64,000 nucleotides of DNA from Polyangiaceae bacterium (GCA_050287085.1 JBNKBE010000006.1:170381-234380); one strand, 5' to 3'. Counted from the first letter of the stretch, positions 38,976 to 48,994 are shown. A program made the numbers and translations. Notes: a model not told the origin generated them from the sequence alone.

Positions 38976-40252
38976 TAGGATTGAACCGGCCCCAGGGCGC
39001 GGTAGCCGATGTCACGTCGCAACTGCACGCCGTCAAAGTGGATAGCGTCGCAACCCCGGTAGGCCAGCTCTTTGGCCTCCTCCAGTGTTCCTCCGGCAGC
39101 GCTGACACCCAAGACGCGGCCGCCCGCGGTGACCACCCCCTGCCCCTGCAGGGCCGTACCCGCGTGATAGACACGGACCCCCGGGATGGCGGATGCCGCA
39201 TCCAAACCCGTTATCAGGTCACCCGTGCGGGGAGAAGCCGGGTAGTTGGCGGCGGCCAGAACCACGCACATTCCGTACCGTTCAGCCACGGCCACGGAAC
39301 GACCATCCAGCGCCCCCGACGCCGCACTCTTGAGCAGCTGGTAGAAGTCCCCGTCGATCAGGTTCACCAATACCTGAGTTTCCGGATCCCCAAACCGCAC
39401 GTTGATTTCGAGCAGGCTCGGAACCCCCTCAGCGCTGACCATCAGTCCCGCGAAGAGCGTGCCTTTGAAGGGCCTTCCCTCGGACGCCATCCCGGCCAAG
39501 ACGCGATCGACAATCTCGACTTGCACCCGGGCCATCAGCGCCTCGTCGGCCACCGGCGCAGGCCCATAGGTTCCCATACCACCGGTGTTGGGACCCAAGT
39601 CTCCGTCGAAGATGCGCTTGTGATCCTGTATCGCGGGAAGGAGCCAGCCGCGCGTTCCGTCACAGACCGCGTGCACCGAGATCTCCTGCCCCAGCAGGCG
39701 CTCTTCCAAGACCACCTGAGCCCCAGCTGCCCCGAAGGCATCACCGCTCAACATGCCGAGAGCCGCCGCCTCGGCTTCGCCGAAGGTCTCCGCGACTACA
39801 ACGCCTTTCCCAGCGCAAAGGCCCGATGCCTTGACCACCGGGGGGGATTGAAAAGACGCCAATGCGCGCGCCACGTCCTCGGAGCGCTCCACGGTCACGT
39901 GGCGCGCCGTACGAATCTGGTGGCGCTCGCAAAACGCTTTCATGAAGGCCTTGGAGGCCTCCAGCTCGGCCGCTGCGCGGTTTGGACCGTAGACCCGATG
40001 CCCCGCCGCTTCCAAGCGGTCGACAAGCCCTTCGCAGAGGGGCGCCTCGGGGCCAACCACAACCAGATCGGGGGATAGTTCTTCGGCCAAGCTCTGCACA
40101 TCGCCCTCGCGAGACTCGAGCCCACTAGCCCTCGTCCCGGCGTTTCCCGGGGTGACAACAACACGCCCAACCGACGCACATTCGGCCAGCCGAAGACCGA
40201 GCGCGTGCTCGCGTCCACCGCTGCCTACGACCAATACGACTTCGCCGCTCAT
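38975..40252 (-). CDS. purD: Phosphoribosylamine-glycine ligase
   Basis: VGSGGREHAL, VGPEAPL, GKGV, QDHKR..DGD.GPNTGGMG, RFGDPE and GGRVL. Confidence 0.97.
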   Translation of the reverse strand: MSGEVVLVVGSGGREHALGLRLAECASVGRVVVTPGNAGTRASGLESREGDVQSLAEELSPDLVVVGPEAPLCEGLVDRLEAAGHRVYGPNRAAAELEASKAFMKAFCERHQIRTARHVTVERSEDVARALASFQSPPVVKASGLCAGKGVVVAETFGEAEAAALGMLSGDAFGAAGAQVVLEERLLGQEISVHAVCDGTRGWLLPAIQDHKRIFDGDLGPNTGGMGTYGPAPVADEALMARVQVEIVDRVLAGMASEGRPFKGTLFAGLMVSAEGVPSLLEINVRFGDPETQVLVNLIDGDFYQLLKSAASGALDGRSVAVAERYGMCVVLAAANYPASPRTGDLITGLDAASAIPGVRVYHAGTALQGQGVVTAGGRVLGVSAAGGTLEEAKELAYRGCDAIHFDGVQLRRDIGYRALGPVQS

Positions 40253-40454
40253 CGCCGCTCCGGGTAGCACACTTTGGTGACCTCGGTCACCTGTTGCGCC
40301 ACACAGCCCAGTCTTGATCGGAGGTGCGGTGAGCGAGCTTGCTCGCCCCCGCGCTTTGGGGTTCGGCCGGTGGGAGGGGGGTTCGGTTTTGGGGCGACAG
40401 CGAGGGCAACAGTCTAGTCGGGACCGGGACTTGAGTTGCCACGCAGCCTGGGAT

Positions 40455-41429
40455 TCACTCCGGAATCGGAACTGCGATCGGAGTCGCTCTCCGCGGTCTT
40501 GCCAACGCTTGTTTCACGAACCCAGCGCACAGATCCGAAAACGAAATGCCGATGGCAGCGGCGGCCTCGGGGTAGTTGCTCGTCTGCGTCATGCCCGGCA
40601 AGGTGTTGACCTCAAGCACGATGCTACCTTGAGGTGAGTACACAAAGTCGATTCGCGACAGATCCCGAGCGCCTACCGCGTGATGAGCCGCGACAGCCAA
40701 GGACTGAATCTCCGTCGTGCCTGCTTCTCCCAAGGGGGCGGGACACTCGTGACGGCTCCCTCCAACTTGATAGCGCGCGGTGAAGTCGTACCAAGAGCCG
40801 ACCTGCGAGTGAACCAGCGTGGGCGGCAAGGCTTCCGTCTTGCCGTCTCGCTCCAACACGCCACAGGTGACTTCGAGCCCCTCGTGAAAAGTCTCAACCA
40901 GCGCTCCGCTGTCCACCTCAAAGGTCGTCGCGAGGGCTCGCTCAAGTTCGGAAGCCGCGCTGGCCGCCGATTCCGCTACGACGCGGGTGACGCCAATAGC
41001 TGATCCGCCCGACGCGGGCTTGACGACCAGTCGCGTCCCGAGAGCCGCTATCAATTCAGCGACCGGCAGGCCAGAGCCCCGCAGCACCAAACGTTCCGCT
41101 GCAACCGGCAGCCCCGCTGCCCTAAACAAGACTTTTGCCGTCGGCTTGTGTGCAGCGATGGCACTGGCTCTCACGTCTGAGCCCACGTAGGGCAAATCGA
41201 GAACCTCGAGCAACCCTTGCAAACAACCGTCTTCCCCCAGAGGACCGTGGGTCACCGGAAAGGCCACGTCACACTGCGCAAGTTCTTGCGCCAGCCCAGA
41301 CCCGAGCTCCACGCAGCGTGCTTGGTACCCAGCCTGGCGCAACGCTGAGAGCACTCCCTCCGCTGATTTTCGGCTCACGGCCGCTTCGCTGGAAGGGCCG
41401 CCGCAAACTATACAAACGCGAACACTCAT
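40455..41429 (-). CDS. ddl: D-alanine-D-alanine ligase
   Basis: GG.SSE..VS, HG..GEDG.LQG.LE....PY.GS, VKP..GGS, R.DF and LEVNTLPGMT..S..P. Confidence 0.95.
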   Translation of the reverse strand: MSVRVCIVCGGPSSEAAVSRKSAEGVLSALRQAGYQARCVELGSGLAQELAQCDVAFPVTHGPLGEDGCLQGLLEVLDLPYVGSDVRASAIAAHKPTAKVLFRAAGLPVAAERLVLRGSGLPVAELIAALGTRLVVKPASGGSAIGVTRVVAESAASAASELERALATTFEVDSGALVETFHEGLEVTCGVLERDGKTEALPPTLVHSQVGSWYDFTARYQVGGSRHECPAPLGEAGTTEIQSLAVAAHHAVGARDLSRIDFVYSPQGSIVLEVNTLPGMTQTSNYPEAAAAIGISFSDLCAGFVKQALARPRRATPIAVPIPE

Positions 41430-41506
41430 CGACTGGACTCCTTGGCGGGCGCCCAAGGGCGCGCTCTCGGGTTGACGTTGGCTGATTTACGTGGCTTCGT
41501 CCGGGG

Positions 41507-42043
41507 GTGCAACGTTGGAGTCCTTTTCACGCGTGCGCCGCGGCCCGCTCCCGTTGGCGAGCGCTACTCGTGGCTGGTGGCCCCCTCCTGCTGCTGAGCG
41601 CTCCCCTGCTTGCGGACACTCCTGCTCGCGCCGGCGGGAGCCCCCTGGAGGAGGCCAACCGGCTGCTCGCGACGCTGGGGGAAGCTCAGACCAGCGCCGA
41701 GCGGGAAGCGCAGGAGCGAGCTCGCCAAGCGCTCGCCGGCGCGTCCAAGAGTGGCAGCCACAACCAGGACCTGCCGCTCAGCGAACTGCGCGCCGCGCAG
41801 GCTCTGGAATGGGCCCGTCTGGCGGCGGCCCTCAAACGGGTTGCCGGGCTCGAAGCCCGCGCGGCCGCCGAAGAGCACTCCGTGGCTGAGCTCGAAACGA
41901 CGCTGACCAAGCTCCGCACCCTGCACGAGGAAACACTCGCACACCGCGATCGCGCAGCCGCTGAGCTCTCCGCCTTCGAAAACGCTGCCAGCCGCCGGCC
42001 AGACGGAGCCGGCGCGAATGATGTCGCCACGGAGTCGAAGTGA
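41507..42043 (+). CDS. Secreted coiled-coil hypothetical protein
   Basis: Hydrophobic signal and Ala/Glu-rich helices. GTGA overlap with the next gene. Confidence 0.6.
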   Translation: MQRWSPFHACAAARSRWRALLVAGGPLLLLSAPLLADTPARAGGSPLEEANRLLATLGEAQTSAEREAQERARQALAGASKSGSHNQDLPLSELRAAQALEWARLAAALKRVAGLEARAAAEEHSVAELETTLTKLRTLHEETLAHRDRAAAELSAFENAASRRPDGAGANDVATESK

Positions 42044-43116
42044 AGCGCCGCCCTGCCTCCCGGGCGTTGCTGGGTCTGTTCTTGCTCGCCTGCGCTGGGG
42101 CGCCCAAACCCCCACTCCTCGCCCAGGCCATTGAGCAGGAGGACAATCCGGCCCTACAAGCAGCCGCTCGTCTTGCACCCCAGGCTTTTGCCCACGCCGA
42201 ACAGCTTCGACGCGCAGCAGACGACGCCCACACGCGGGGCGACGAGCGCGCGGCGCAGTTGCTGGCCGACCAGGCTTTGGCGGCACAACAGCAAACGCTG
42301 GTTCAAGCCCGGCTGGTGCAAGCGGATGAGCGGCTGCGCCAGGCCGCGGCGGAACGAGCGCGGCTTGAGTTGCAGATCTCAGCGCTGCGAGCAGAGCAGG
42401 AACGGGTTGCCGCCGACGCCCGAGCGCTCGAACTGCGGGTTAAAGTAGTGCGCGACGCCGAGCCCATCAGTCCGCCCGAGCCGGCCAGCCCCGAGCGCGA
42501 GATGGCTCGAACCCAGGCGGCCCGTCTGCTCTTGGAAGACGCGCGACTGCTGTGTCTCGCGGCACAATTGCTCGGCGTGGAGCCGAACACTTTGGACGCC
42601 CCCTTTGCAGCGCTGGATGCGTTGGAGCACGCCCTGGACGCTAAGACTCGCCCCGTGCCGATCGACGCCGCTTACAAGGCGCGCTCCACCTGCCTCAGCA
42701 CTCTCAGCGAACGACGGCTACTCGCGGGTCGACGCGACGATGCGAGCGTTGCTGCGGACGAATTGCTTCGAGCCGTAGCAGCGGCCCTTCCGGACGGCGC
42801 GGCACACCGCGACGACCGCGGCGTGGTGGTGGTGATCCCTATGCTCCGTGAGCCGGGCGCCGGCCCGGTGCTCGCCCCGGGTGCGAAGGCCACCCTGGAA
42901 ACGCTCGCCGCGGTAGCCAAAGGAGCAGGCACGCCGGTTCTCATCGCCGCTCATGCCCCGGCGGATCCGTGGATCGAGCAACTGCGTGAGAGCCCGATCG
43001 GAGCGCTCCCCCGCACACGCATCGAGGCGGCCGTGCTGAGGCGCTATCCCGCGGCGAACGCGGGCGCACGGCCCGGCGGAAACGAATGGGCTGAAGTGAT
43101 CCTTGTGACGCCTTGA
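42040..43116 (+). CDS. Coiled-coil lipoprotein (DUF4398-like) with degenerate OmpA-like C-terminus
   Basis: Lipobox LLAC, long coiled coil, and DDRGVVVVI. Confidence 0.65.
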   Translation: MKRRPASRALLGLFLLACAGAPKPPLLAQAIEQEDNPALQAAARLAPQAFAHAEQLRRAADDAHTRGDERAAQLLADQALAAQQQTLVQARLVQADERLRQAAAERARLELQISALRAEQERVAADARALELRVKVVRDAEPISPPEPASPEREMARTQAARLLLEDARLLCLAAQLLGVEPNTLDAPFAALDALEHALDAKTRPVPIDAAYKARSTCLSTLSERRLLAGRRDDASVAADELLRAVAAALPDGAAHRDDRGVVVVIPMLREPGAGPVLAPGAKATLETLAAVAKGAGTPVLIAAHAPADPWIEQLRESPIGALPRTRIEAAVLRRYPAANAGARPGGNEWAEVILVTP

Positions 43117-43153
43117 AGCACAACCCGGCCATGCCCCCAAAGCGCACTTCGAT

Positions 43154-43263
43154 GCGCGCGCAGGGACGTCACACGCACTGACATTGCACGCGCAGGGACG
43201 TCGCCACGCGCAGCGTCGATGCACGTGCAGGGACGTCGCCACGCGCAGGGACGTCGCCACGCG
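43154..43263. repeat. Cluster of four imperfect direct repeats (core cagggacgtc)
   Basis: Core at 43161, 43193, 43228 and 43246. Confidence 0.8.
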
Positions 43264-43413
43264 ACGCCCCTCGGCCGAGCTCGCACGCGCCCCGCATCCG
43301 AAACCCACATCGCGACCTGGTGTGAGCCTGTACGGTCCGCTTTCCGGCAAAGCGCGGAGTGGCGGCAGCCTCACTGGAAGTCGACAACGCGCGACCGATA
43401 TCGCGCGCTTTAT

Positions 43414-43429
43414 TCTGATCGGAATCACA
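43414..43429. promoter_or_regulatory. Putative CRP/FNR-family binding site
   Basis: TCTGA-N6-TCACA (9/10 match to TGTGA-N6-TCACA) with AT-rich flanks in a GC-rich background. Confidence 0.45.
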
Positions 43430-43592
43430 ATTTCGTAACTCACTGATAGTGCAGCTCAATTGGCGCCCGTCTAGCCCATTGTTCACAACTGCTGGACTGT
43501 CTCCCGAGATCTAGACGAACACAGGGCCAACGAGCCTTCAGAGAATCTGGAGGCAGCCGAAACCTAAAGGAGGAACCCGACACTAAAACCTA

Positions 43593-44732
43593 TTGGCCGT
43601 GCCCCGCGACGAACTACTCGACGAAGAGCTCATCTGGCAAGGACGCCCCGCCCGGACGGACGCGCCCACGGTGCTGCGCGCCGCACGCGCAGCGACCTTC
43701 CTGGTCACTGCTACCTGCGTCAGCTTCGCCATCGTCACGGGGTTGGGCTTGGGACTGACGCCGCTGCCTCTGCTCGGCTGTGCTCTTTGGACGGCCACAT
43801 TGGGTCTGTTTGCCAAGCCCGCCTACGATTGGTGGCTGAGCGCCGTGAGCTATGAGTTGACCGAGCACCACGTGATATGGCGCCGTGGCAAGCTCACTCG
43901 GATCATCGCACGTGAACAAATAAGCTACGCGCGGATATTCTGGAATCCCTACGACCGTCATGTCGGTGACATCGAATTGGTCCGCGCCGTACCAGCGGGT
44001 GTGCTGCGGCGGCGGCTACTGATTCGTCTGCGAGGGGTGGCTGCACCGGACCGTGTCTGGGCGATGATCCGCGGAGTGGATACCCGCTCAGACAGCAACG
44101 CTGGCACACGAGCCGTCTCCCAGCGCTTGGACGAAGGTGAACGAGTGCTTTGGTCCGCGCGCCCCCTGGCCTCTTGGCGCCATTTTCTGCCGCACGGTAC
44201 GCGGCGTTATCGGCTGCTTGCGTTGGCCCTCACCCTGACGCTGACCTGCGTGCAGCTAACGCTTGCGCTCAAAGGCAACCTGCAGGTGTTGATTGAGGCG
44301 GGCGTGCTGCAGCAGCCGGTGGTCTTCGCTGCTCTCGTATTCGGTGAAATGGCGATGATGACGTTGCTGACCGGTGTCACCTTGCTCACCTGGTATGCCG
44401 CGCTCATCGGTCCGGGCAGGCAGCTCGAAAACACGTTCTACCTCATCACCAACCGGCGCGTACTGATCGCCCGCGGCGCTGAAGAGTTGCACCTTGACCG
44501 TTCTCGGATCATCGACGTCATCGATGCGCCCACTATGTCGGGACTGCGCGATGTCTTCTTAGTATTGGATGGTCCGCAAGCCCGAGCGGTCGAAGTCGGA
44601 GGCGCGTTTCAAGAAACCGACCGCGATCCACAACTGAAACCCGTCTTCTCCTGGGTTGCAGATGCCGAAAGCGTTTCGCGACTACTCCTTGAGGCGGAGC
44701 CGGAGCCTTCCAAGCCGGATCTTGCCGCCTGA
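43593..44732 (+). CDS. Membrane protein with two bacterial PH-like (bPH) modules
   Basis: DEELIWQGRP-TM-TM-YELT and GERVLWSARP-TM-TM-YLITNRRV. Confidence 0.75.
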   Translation: MAVPRDELLDEELIWQGRPARTDAPTVLRAARAATFLVTATCVSFAIVTGLGLGLTPLPLLGCALWTATLGLFAKPAYDWWLSAVSYELTEHHVIWRRGKLTRIIAREQISYARIFWNPYDRHVGDIELVRAVPAGVLRRRLLIRLRGVAAPDRVWAMIRGVDTRSDSNAGTRAVSQRLDEGERVLWSARPLASWRHFLPHGTRRYRLLALALTLTLTCVQLTLALKGNLQVLIEAGVLQQPVVFAALVFGEMAMMTLLTGVTLLTWYAALIGPGRQLENTFYLITNRRVLIARGAEELHLDRSRIIDVIDAPTMSGLRDVFLVLDGPQARAVEVGGAFQETDRDPQLKPVFSWVADAESVSRLLLEAEPEPSKPDLAA

Positions 44733-44776
44733 AGCGCACGGCCTCCAGTAGTGCACCACGATGAGCACGAAGCACC

Positions 44777-45907
44777 TCAGGGACTGGTTGCGCGACGCTC
44801 TTCCTGCTCGAGCCGAAAGATGAAGTTGGGATCGCCATCATCGAGGCGCCGAGGCAAGAGCCTCTCGAGCTTGCGCTTGATCGCTTGAACGTGAGACCGC
44901 GCTCGCTCGCGCCAGGGTGAACCGGAAGGCAGCTCATCATAGGCGGCGCCCCACACCAGCTGGGCACCCTGCAAGGCCCCCACCTCGGCGGACTCACCGC
45001 TGTGGCGTTGAGCGTCGGCCAAAGTACCCAGCGCACGCAGGTACGTTCGCTCCCCGGGTCCCAGCACCCCCGCTTCCGGCAGGCTCAACACGCTACTGCG
45101 CGCGTCCTCGCCATACCGCGCTCGATAGGCCAAGAACGCCAGTGGGTCCGCCTCCGAGGGGCGAAATGCGAGGTCTAACGTGGCCGCTAGCAGGTAAGCG
45201 CATAGAGTGCCGATAGCACTTCCTTCGGCCAGGCGGCGCCCCTCCGAAAGAGCCACTTCCGCAGCGCCCAGCTCGAGTTGCCTGAGAGAAGCAAGGCCGC
45301 TCCAGAACAATAGGTGAGCTCGCGACTCCGGCTCCCAGGTATCGTCCACGGCTACAAATAGCTCGCCAGGAGAGGTCGCTTCGCCGAGGTGAGCGTTCCG
45401 CTCTGCAAGCCAATAACGAGCACGCGCGGCAAACGCCGAGTTCGGAAAGCGGCGCAATGCCTCCTCTAGTAGTGCCGCTCCCTGCGCCGCGTGCTCGTCA
45501 CCCGACGCCGCCCATGTTGCGCCCTGCAAATACATCAAGGCGGCGTCGCCCCAAGTTGAAACTCCCTCCAGCGATAGCAACACGGCACTGCGCTCATTGA
45601 GCCGCTGCTCCAAGCGCGCAGTGCCAACTGCACGATGCCTCATCCCCCGCGACCGCTCCATCGCCTCGTAGAGCGCCTGAGCCCGGACGCGCGCTGGAGC
45701 GTTCACCCGTCCCCAGAAGCGACTGCGGCCCGGCTCAGATTCCCCCAATGGGAACGACAACGCCTCCGAAGAAATTGGGGCGTCCGGTGGTTTCGCGCTG
45801 ACACCCGACACCCAAGAAATGGCCGCGCACCCCAGAACGGCAGCGAAGCGGCGCCGGAAGCAGCCGCACTCCAGCCCCCTCGAGACCTGACTGACCCAAG
45901 GTATCAT
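44777..45907 (-). CDS. TPR-like secreted hypothetical protein
   Basis: Signal-like N-terminus and helical segments such as EEALRRFPNS.FAARARYWLA. ATGA overlap. Confidence 0.65.
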   Translation of the reverse strand: MIPWVSQVSRGLECGCFRRRFAAVLGCAAISWVSGVSAKPPDAPISSEALSFPLGESEPGRSRFWGRVNAPARVRAQALYEAMERSRGMRHRAVGTARLEQRLNERSAVLLSLEGVSTWGDAALMYLQGATWAASGDEHAAQGAALLEEALRRFPNSAFAARARYWLAERNAHLGEATSPGELFVAVDDTWEPESRAHLLFWSGLASLRQLELGAAEVALSEGRRLAEGSAIGTLCAYLLAATLDLAFRPSEADPLAFLAYRARYGEDARSSVLSLPEAGVLGPGERTYLRALGTLADAQRHSGESAEVGALQGAQLVWGAAYDELPSGSPWRERARSHVQAIKRKLERLLPRRLDDGDPNFIFRLEQEERRATSP

Positions 45908-46773
45908 TGCGCCCCCGCCTGCATCTGCCGAATGCGCCCACGCCAAGGGTCGTCCCGCGGCAGAAGGCGCAACATATGGCTGAACGCCTCGTGAGCGACC
46001 TCAGGCCGCTCGCCGAAAGACAATGCGTATACCAACGCCCACCTTTCGAAAGGCTCCAGCTGAACCTCCCGACTCAACCCCTCCCCTAGTTCGCTGGCAT
46101 CCGCATAGAACCCGCGCACTCCCTCAGGATGCGAGTTGCCCTGCAGGAGGTGCATCCAGCGCATAAGGCCGAGCCGCAAGAAGCGCAGCTCCGGCGTCGG
46201 CAGGCTCCCCGTCGCCATCAAGCGCCCGCGCGCGGCCACAAGCCCCGCCTCTCCCCGGCGCAGCGCAACCACCGCCGACTCGAGCAATACGACCGCGCGC
46301 AGCTCGGGCCCAAGCACGCCTTGTGGCAACAACAAGACCGCGTCGTAGAGCCGCCCCGCCTGCAAGGGCTGGCCGAGCTGCGCCTGGGCCCGGGCGTAGG
46401 CCAAGGCGCTCGGCGCGTCCCAACTCGCCGGCGCGGTCCCGATGGAGCCAAACGTCGCCACCGCCTTCGCGAGCTGGCCAAGGGCAAGCTGCGCTCGGCC
46501 CAGCAGGCGCAGAGCAAAAGGTCTAAGCGCTCGCTGTCCGGCCGCCTCTTGTAGAAGCCGAGCGGCACGGGAGGGATCGTCCCCGACGAGGGCGAGCGCG
46601 GAGCTCAGGGCGCGGCACCCAGCGTCGAGCTCCGGTTGCAGGATGCGGCGCTGAGATGCCCCGCAAACCTCAGCCGGAGCCGTCGCCGCCGCGATTTCCA
46701 GCGCGCTCTCCGCCCGAGCAGGCGCTACCAAACTCAAGAGCACGGCCAGCTGAAGCGCAAACGCGCGTTTCAT
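45904..46773 (-). CDS. TPR-like secreted hypothetical protein
   Basis: Signal peptide MKRAFALQLAVLLSLVAPARA and LGRAQLALGQLAKAVATF. Confidence 0.65.
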   Translation of the reverse strand: MKRAFALQLAVLLSLVAPARAESALEIAAATAPAEVCGASQRRILQPELDAGCRALSSALALVGDDPSRAARLLQEAAGQRALRPFALRLLGRAQLALGQLAKAVATFGSIGTAPASWDAPSALAYARAQAQLGQPLQAGRLYDAVLLLPQGVLGPELRAVVLLESAVVALRRGEAGLVAARGRLMATGSLPTPELRFLRLGLMRWMHLLQGNSHPEGVRGFYADASELGEGLSREVQLEPFERWALVYALSFGERPEVAHEAFSHMLRLLPRDDPWRGRIRQMQAGAQ

Positions 46774-46816
46774 GACGCCAAGCCTAGCCTGCGACGGGAA
46801 TGGGGTCCACGGTGCC

Positions 46817-48067
46817 CTAGGACCTCAGTCGCTCTCGAACAATACGGGCCAGCGTTTCCGGCTCAGAGCCTGAAGGGATGAGGCCCGCTCCCAGAGTCTC
46901 GTCCCCTCGCACCAGGACCCAACCGGCCTCCGTCGAACGCAGCACCGCGGCGCCTTCCCAATATTGCGCGTACGCCCGGGGCGAGGGCGCCGTGCAACAA
47001 GCGACGTCGGCGCCCCGCAAAGCAGCGATCACGCCTCGGGAGATCCCCTCCTCCAGCACGACGCGAGGAGGAGGCTCGAAACTGCGCTGGGCGTCGGACA
47101 AGGCCCAAAGCAGATGATTGATATCGATGGCGAAGCCCGCAGCGGCGCGCGACGAGCCAAAACGCTCGTGCAAACCGTCGTAGCGTCCGCCGGACGCCAC
47201 CGGCTCACCCGGCCCCAACGCGAGCAGCTGAAATACGACGCCCGTATAGTAGTCGAGGTCGCGGGTCTCACCGAGGTCGATGACCACCTCGGGTGCGAGT
47301 TCCGACAAGCTCTCCGCCAGGTCACGCAGTTCGCGCAGATAGGGCACCGCCGCGGTCGCTTGCAGTGCGCGCTCAGCATCCATAAGAACTTCCGTATCCC
47401 CGTGCAGGTCGACCAGGGCGACCAGCGCCCGCCGTTCTGCGGGCTGGAGCGGAGCGGCCTTGAGCAGCGTCTCCAACTGCGTCTTGTCTTTGGCCTCAAG
47501 CGCGACGGTCACCGGCGCTCGCAGGGGCGGCGGGACATCGCGGAGCAACGCACCCACCAGGCCAGCGTGGCCCAAATCGAGCACGAATGACTCCAGACGA
47601 GCGGCCCGCACCGCATCGCACATCAACGCGACAACCTCTCGATCGCCCTCGGGCCCGGGTTGACCTACGAGCTCCGCGCCCGCCTGCACGGTTTGACTTT
47701 CCAGTCGCGCTCGCTCTGCACGTCGACGCAATACCGACCCCTGGTAGGCAAGCCGAATAGGGCCTTGTTGCTCGCCGCAGCGAGTGGACACGACGCGGGC
47801 GATCTGAGGCGTCATGTCGGCCCGCAACGCCACGACCTCACCGGTTTCCGGCTCGATGAAGCGCAATGACTGGCCAGGTGCGTCGCGGCTGCGTTCCAGC
47901 ACACCGGCATACTCAAAGGTCGGAAGCCAGACACGCTGGTAGCCCGCCAAAGCAAAGGCGCGCATCACCTCACGACCCACCGCCGACTGCCGGTCGGCGA
48001 AAGGCGGCAGGACATCACGCATGCCAGCCGGCAACGAATTGACAATAAGAGTCACGGTGGCGAGCAC
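46817..48067 (-). CDS. hisZ: ATP phosphoribosyltransferase regulatory subunit
   Basis: LPAGMRD.LP, P.FEY, LRADMTPQIAR, Q.G.EL.G, DLG......YYTG..F and GGRYD (HisRS-like fold without the anticodon domain). Confidence 0.9.
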   Translation of the reverse strand: MLATVTLIVNSLPAGMRDVLPPFADRQSAVGREVMRAFALAGYQRVWLPTFEYAGVLERSRDAPGQSLRFIEPETGEVVALRADMTPQIARVVSTRCGEQQGPIRLAYQGSVLRRRAERARLESQTVQAGAELVGQPGPEGDREVVALMCDAVRAARLESFVLDLGHAGLVGALLRDVPPPLRAPVTVALEAKDKTQLETLLKAAPLQPAERRALVALVDLHGDTEVLMDAERALQATAAVPYLRELRDLAESLSELAPEVVIDLGETRDLDYYTGVVFQLLALGPGEPVASGGRYDGLHERFGSSRAAAGFAIDINHLLWALSDAQRSFEPPPRVVLEEGISRGVIAALRGADVACCTAPSPRAYAQYWEGAAVLRSTEAGWVLVRGDETLGAGLIPSGSEPETLARIVRERLRS

Positions 48068-48204
48068 ACTATCAGTTTGCGACCGCGACTTGGGGGGGCA
48101 AACTCTGCGCGATCAGACGGGCTGCAGAACCGCGGGCCAGCCGAAGACGTAAATTCCGAGACGGATCCTCGACGTGGACCGGTTGCGGTGGTTGCTTTCG
48201 ATGC

Positions 48205-48951
48205 ATGAGCGCAGAGACCGACACAGCCCCCGAAGTTGACGTCTGGGAACGAACCAAGGGTCACAACGCCCCGGCGCAAGCCATGAACGAACGATTGTTC
48301 ATGCTGCTCAACGTCTATGACTGCCCCCCGGGTGCGGATCCTCGAGAGGTCGCTCCGACTCTGCACGAGGCCTGTGTCAAGCACGACGCCAACGCCGTTA
48401 TCTATGAAGACGTGACCAACCCCTTCGCGTTTGGTGTACTCAGCTGGAGCACGGACCCCGCACACTTCACTCAGGCGCTGCGTCCTGCCATAGCTTCTGC
48501 GCACGCGCTGCGGCTGTCGCCGCAACGGGCGTTCACGATGCTGGGGCGGAGCTACGCAACGGGTTACGAACCCGATTTGCGCTACTGGCTCATCGATCGT
48601 CCCATTGACACGGTATGCAACCCTGCTTGGCCCTGGGCCGTCTGGTACCCGCTCCGTCGCTCAGGTGAGTTTGCGCGTCTCGAGCCGCGGGAACAGGGCG
48701 GTATCCTGCGAGAACATGCGGACATCGGCAAGGCCTACGGCTCTCAGAATCTCGCTCACGACGTGCGCTTGGCGTGTCACGGGCTCGATGCCCAGGACAA
48801 CGAATTCGTCATCGGCTTGATCGGCGAGACGCTGCATCCTCTGTCTCACGTCGTTCAGCGCATGCGCTCTACGCGGCAAACATCGCAATATATCAACCAA
48901 ATGGGGCCATTCTTCGTGGGGCGTTCGGTCCTGCGAAACCGCGTCGCCTAA
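48205..48951 (+). CDS. Chlorite dismutase/coproheme decarboxylase (HemQ/ChdC)-family heme protein
   Basis: YPLRRS, EH..IG, GLD..D.EF, V..MR...TS.Y and GPFFVG. Confidence 0.85.
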   Translation: MSAETDTAPEVDVWERTKGHNAPAQAMNERLFMLLNVYDCPPGADPREVAPTLHEACVKHDANAVIYEDVTNPFAFGVLSWSTDPAHFTQALRPAIASAHALRLSPQRAFTMLGRSYATGYEPDLRYWLIDRPIDTVCNPAWPWAVWYPLRRSGEFARLEPREQGGILREHADIGKAYGSQNLAHDVRLACHGLDAQDNEFVIGLIGETLHPLSHVVQRMRSTRQTSQYINQMGPFFVGRSVLRNRVA

Positions 48952-48994
48952 GCGTCCGGCGAGCACACGCGGCGCACGCAGGAAAGAGCGGCAC

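Noticed and set aside
38921..40078. 385-aa plus-strand ORF and similar long antisense ORFs (e.g. 52857..53873, 61612..62487)
   Set aside because: They lie fully antisense to purD, dnaB and E2. Such shadow ORFs are expected at high GC.
43154..43263. Possible mini-CRISPR array
   Set aside because: The repeat core is only about 10-20 bp, spacing is irregular (32/35/18), and there are no cas genes.
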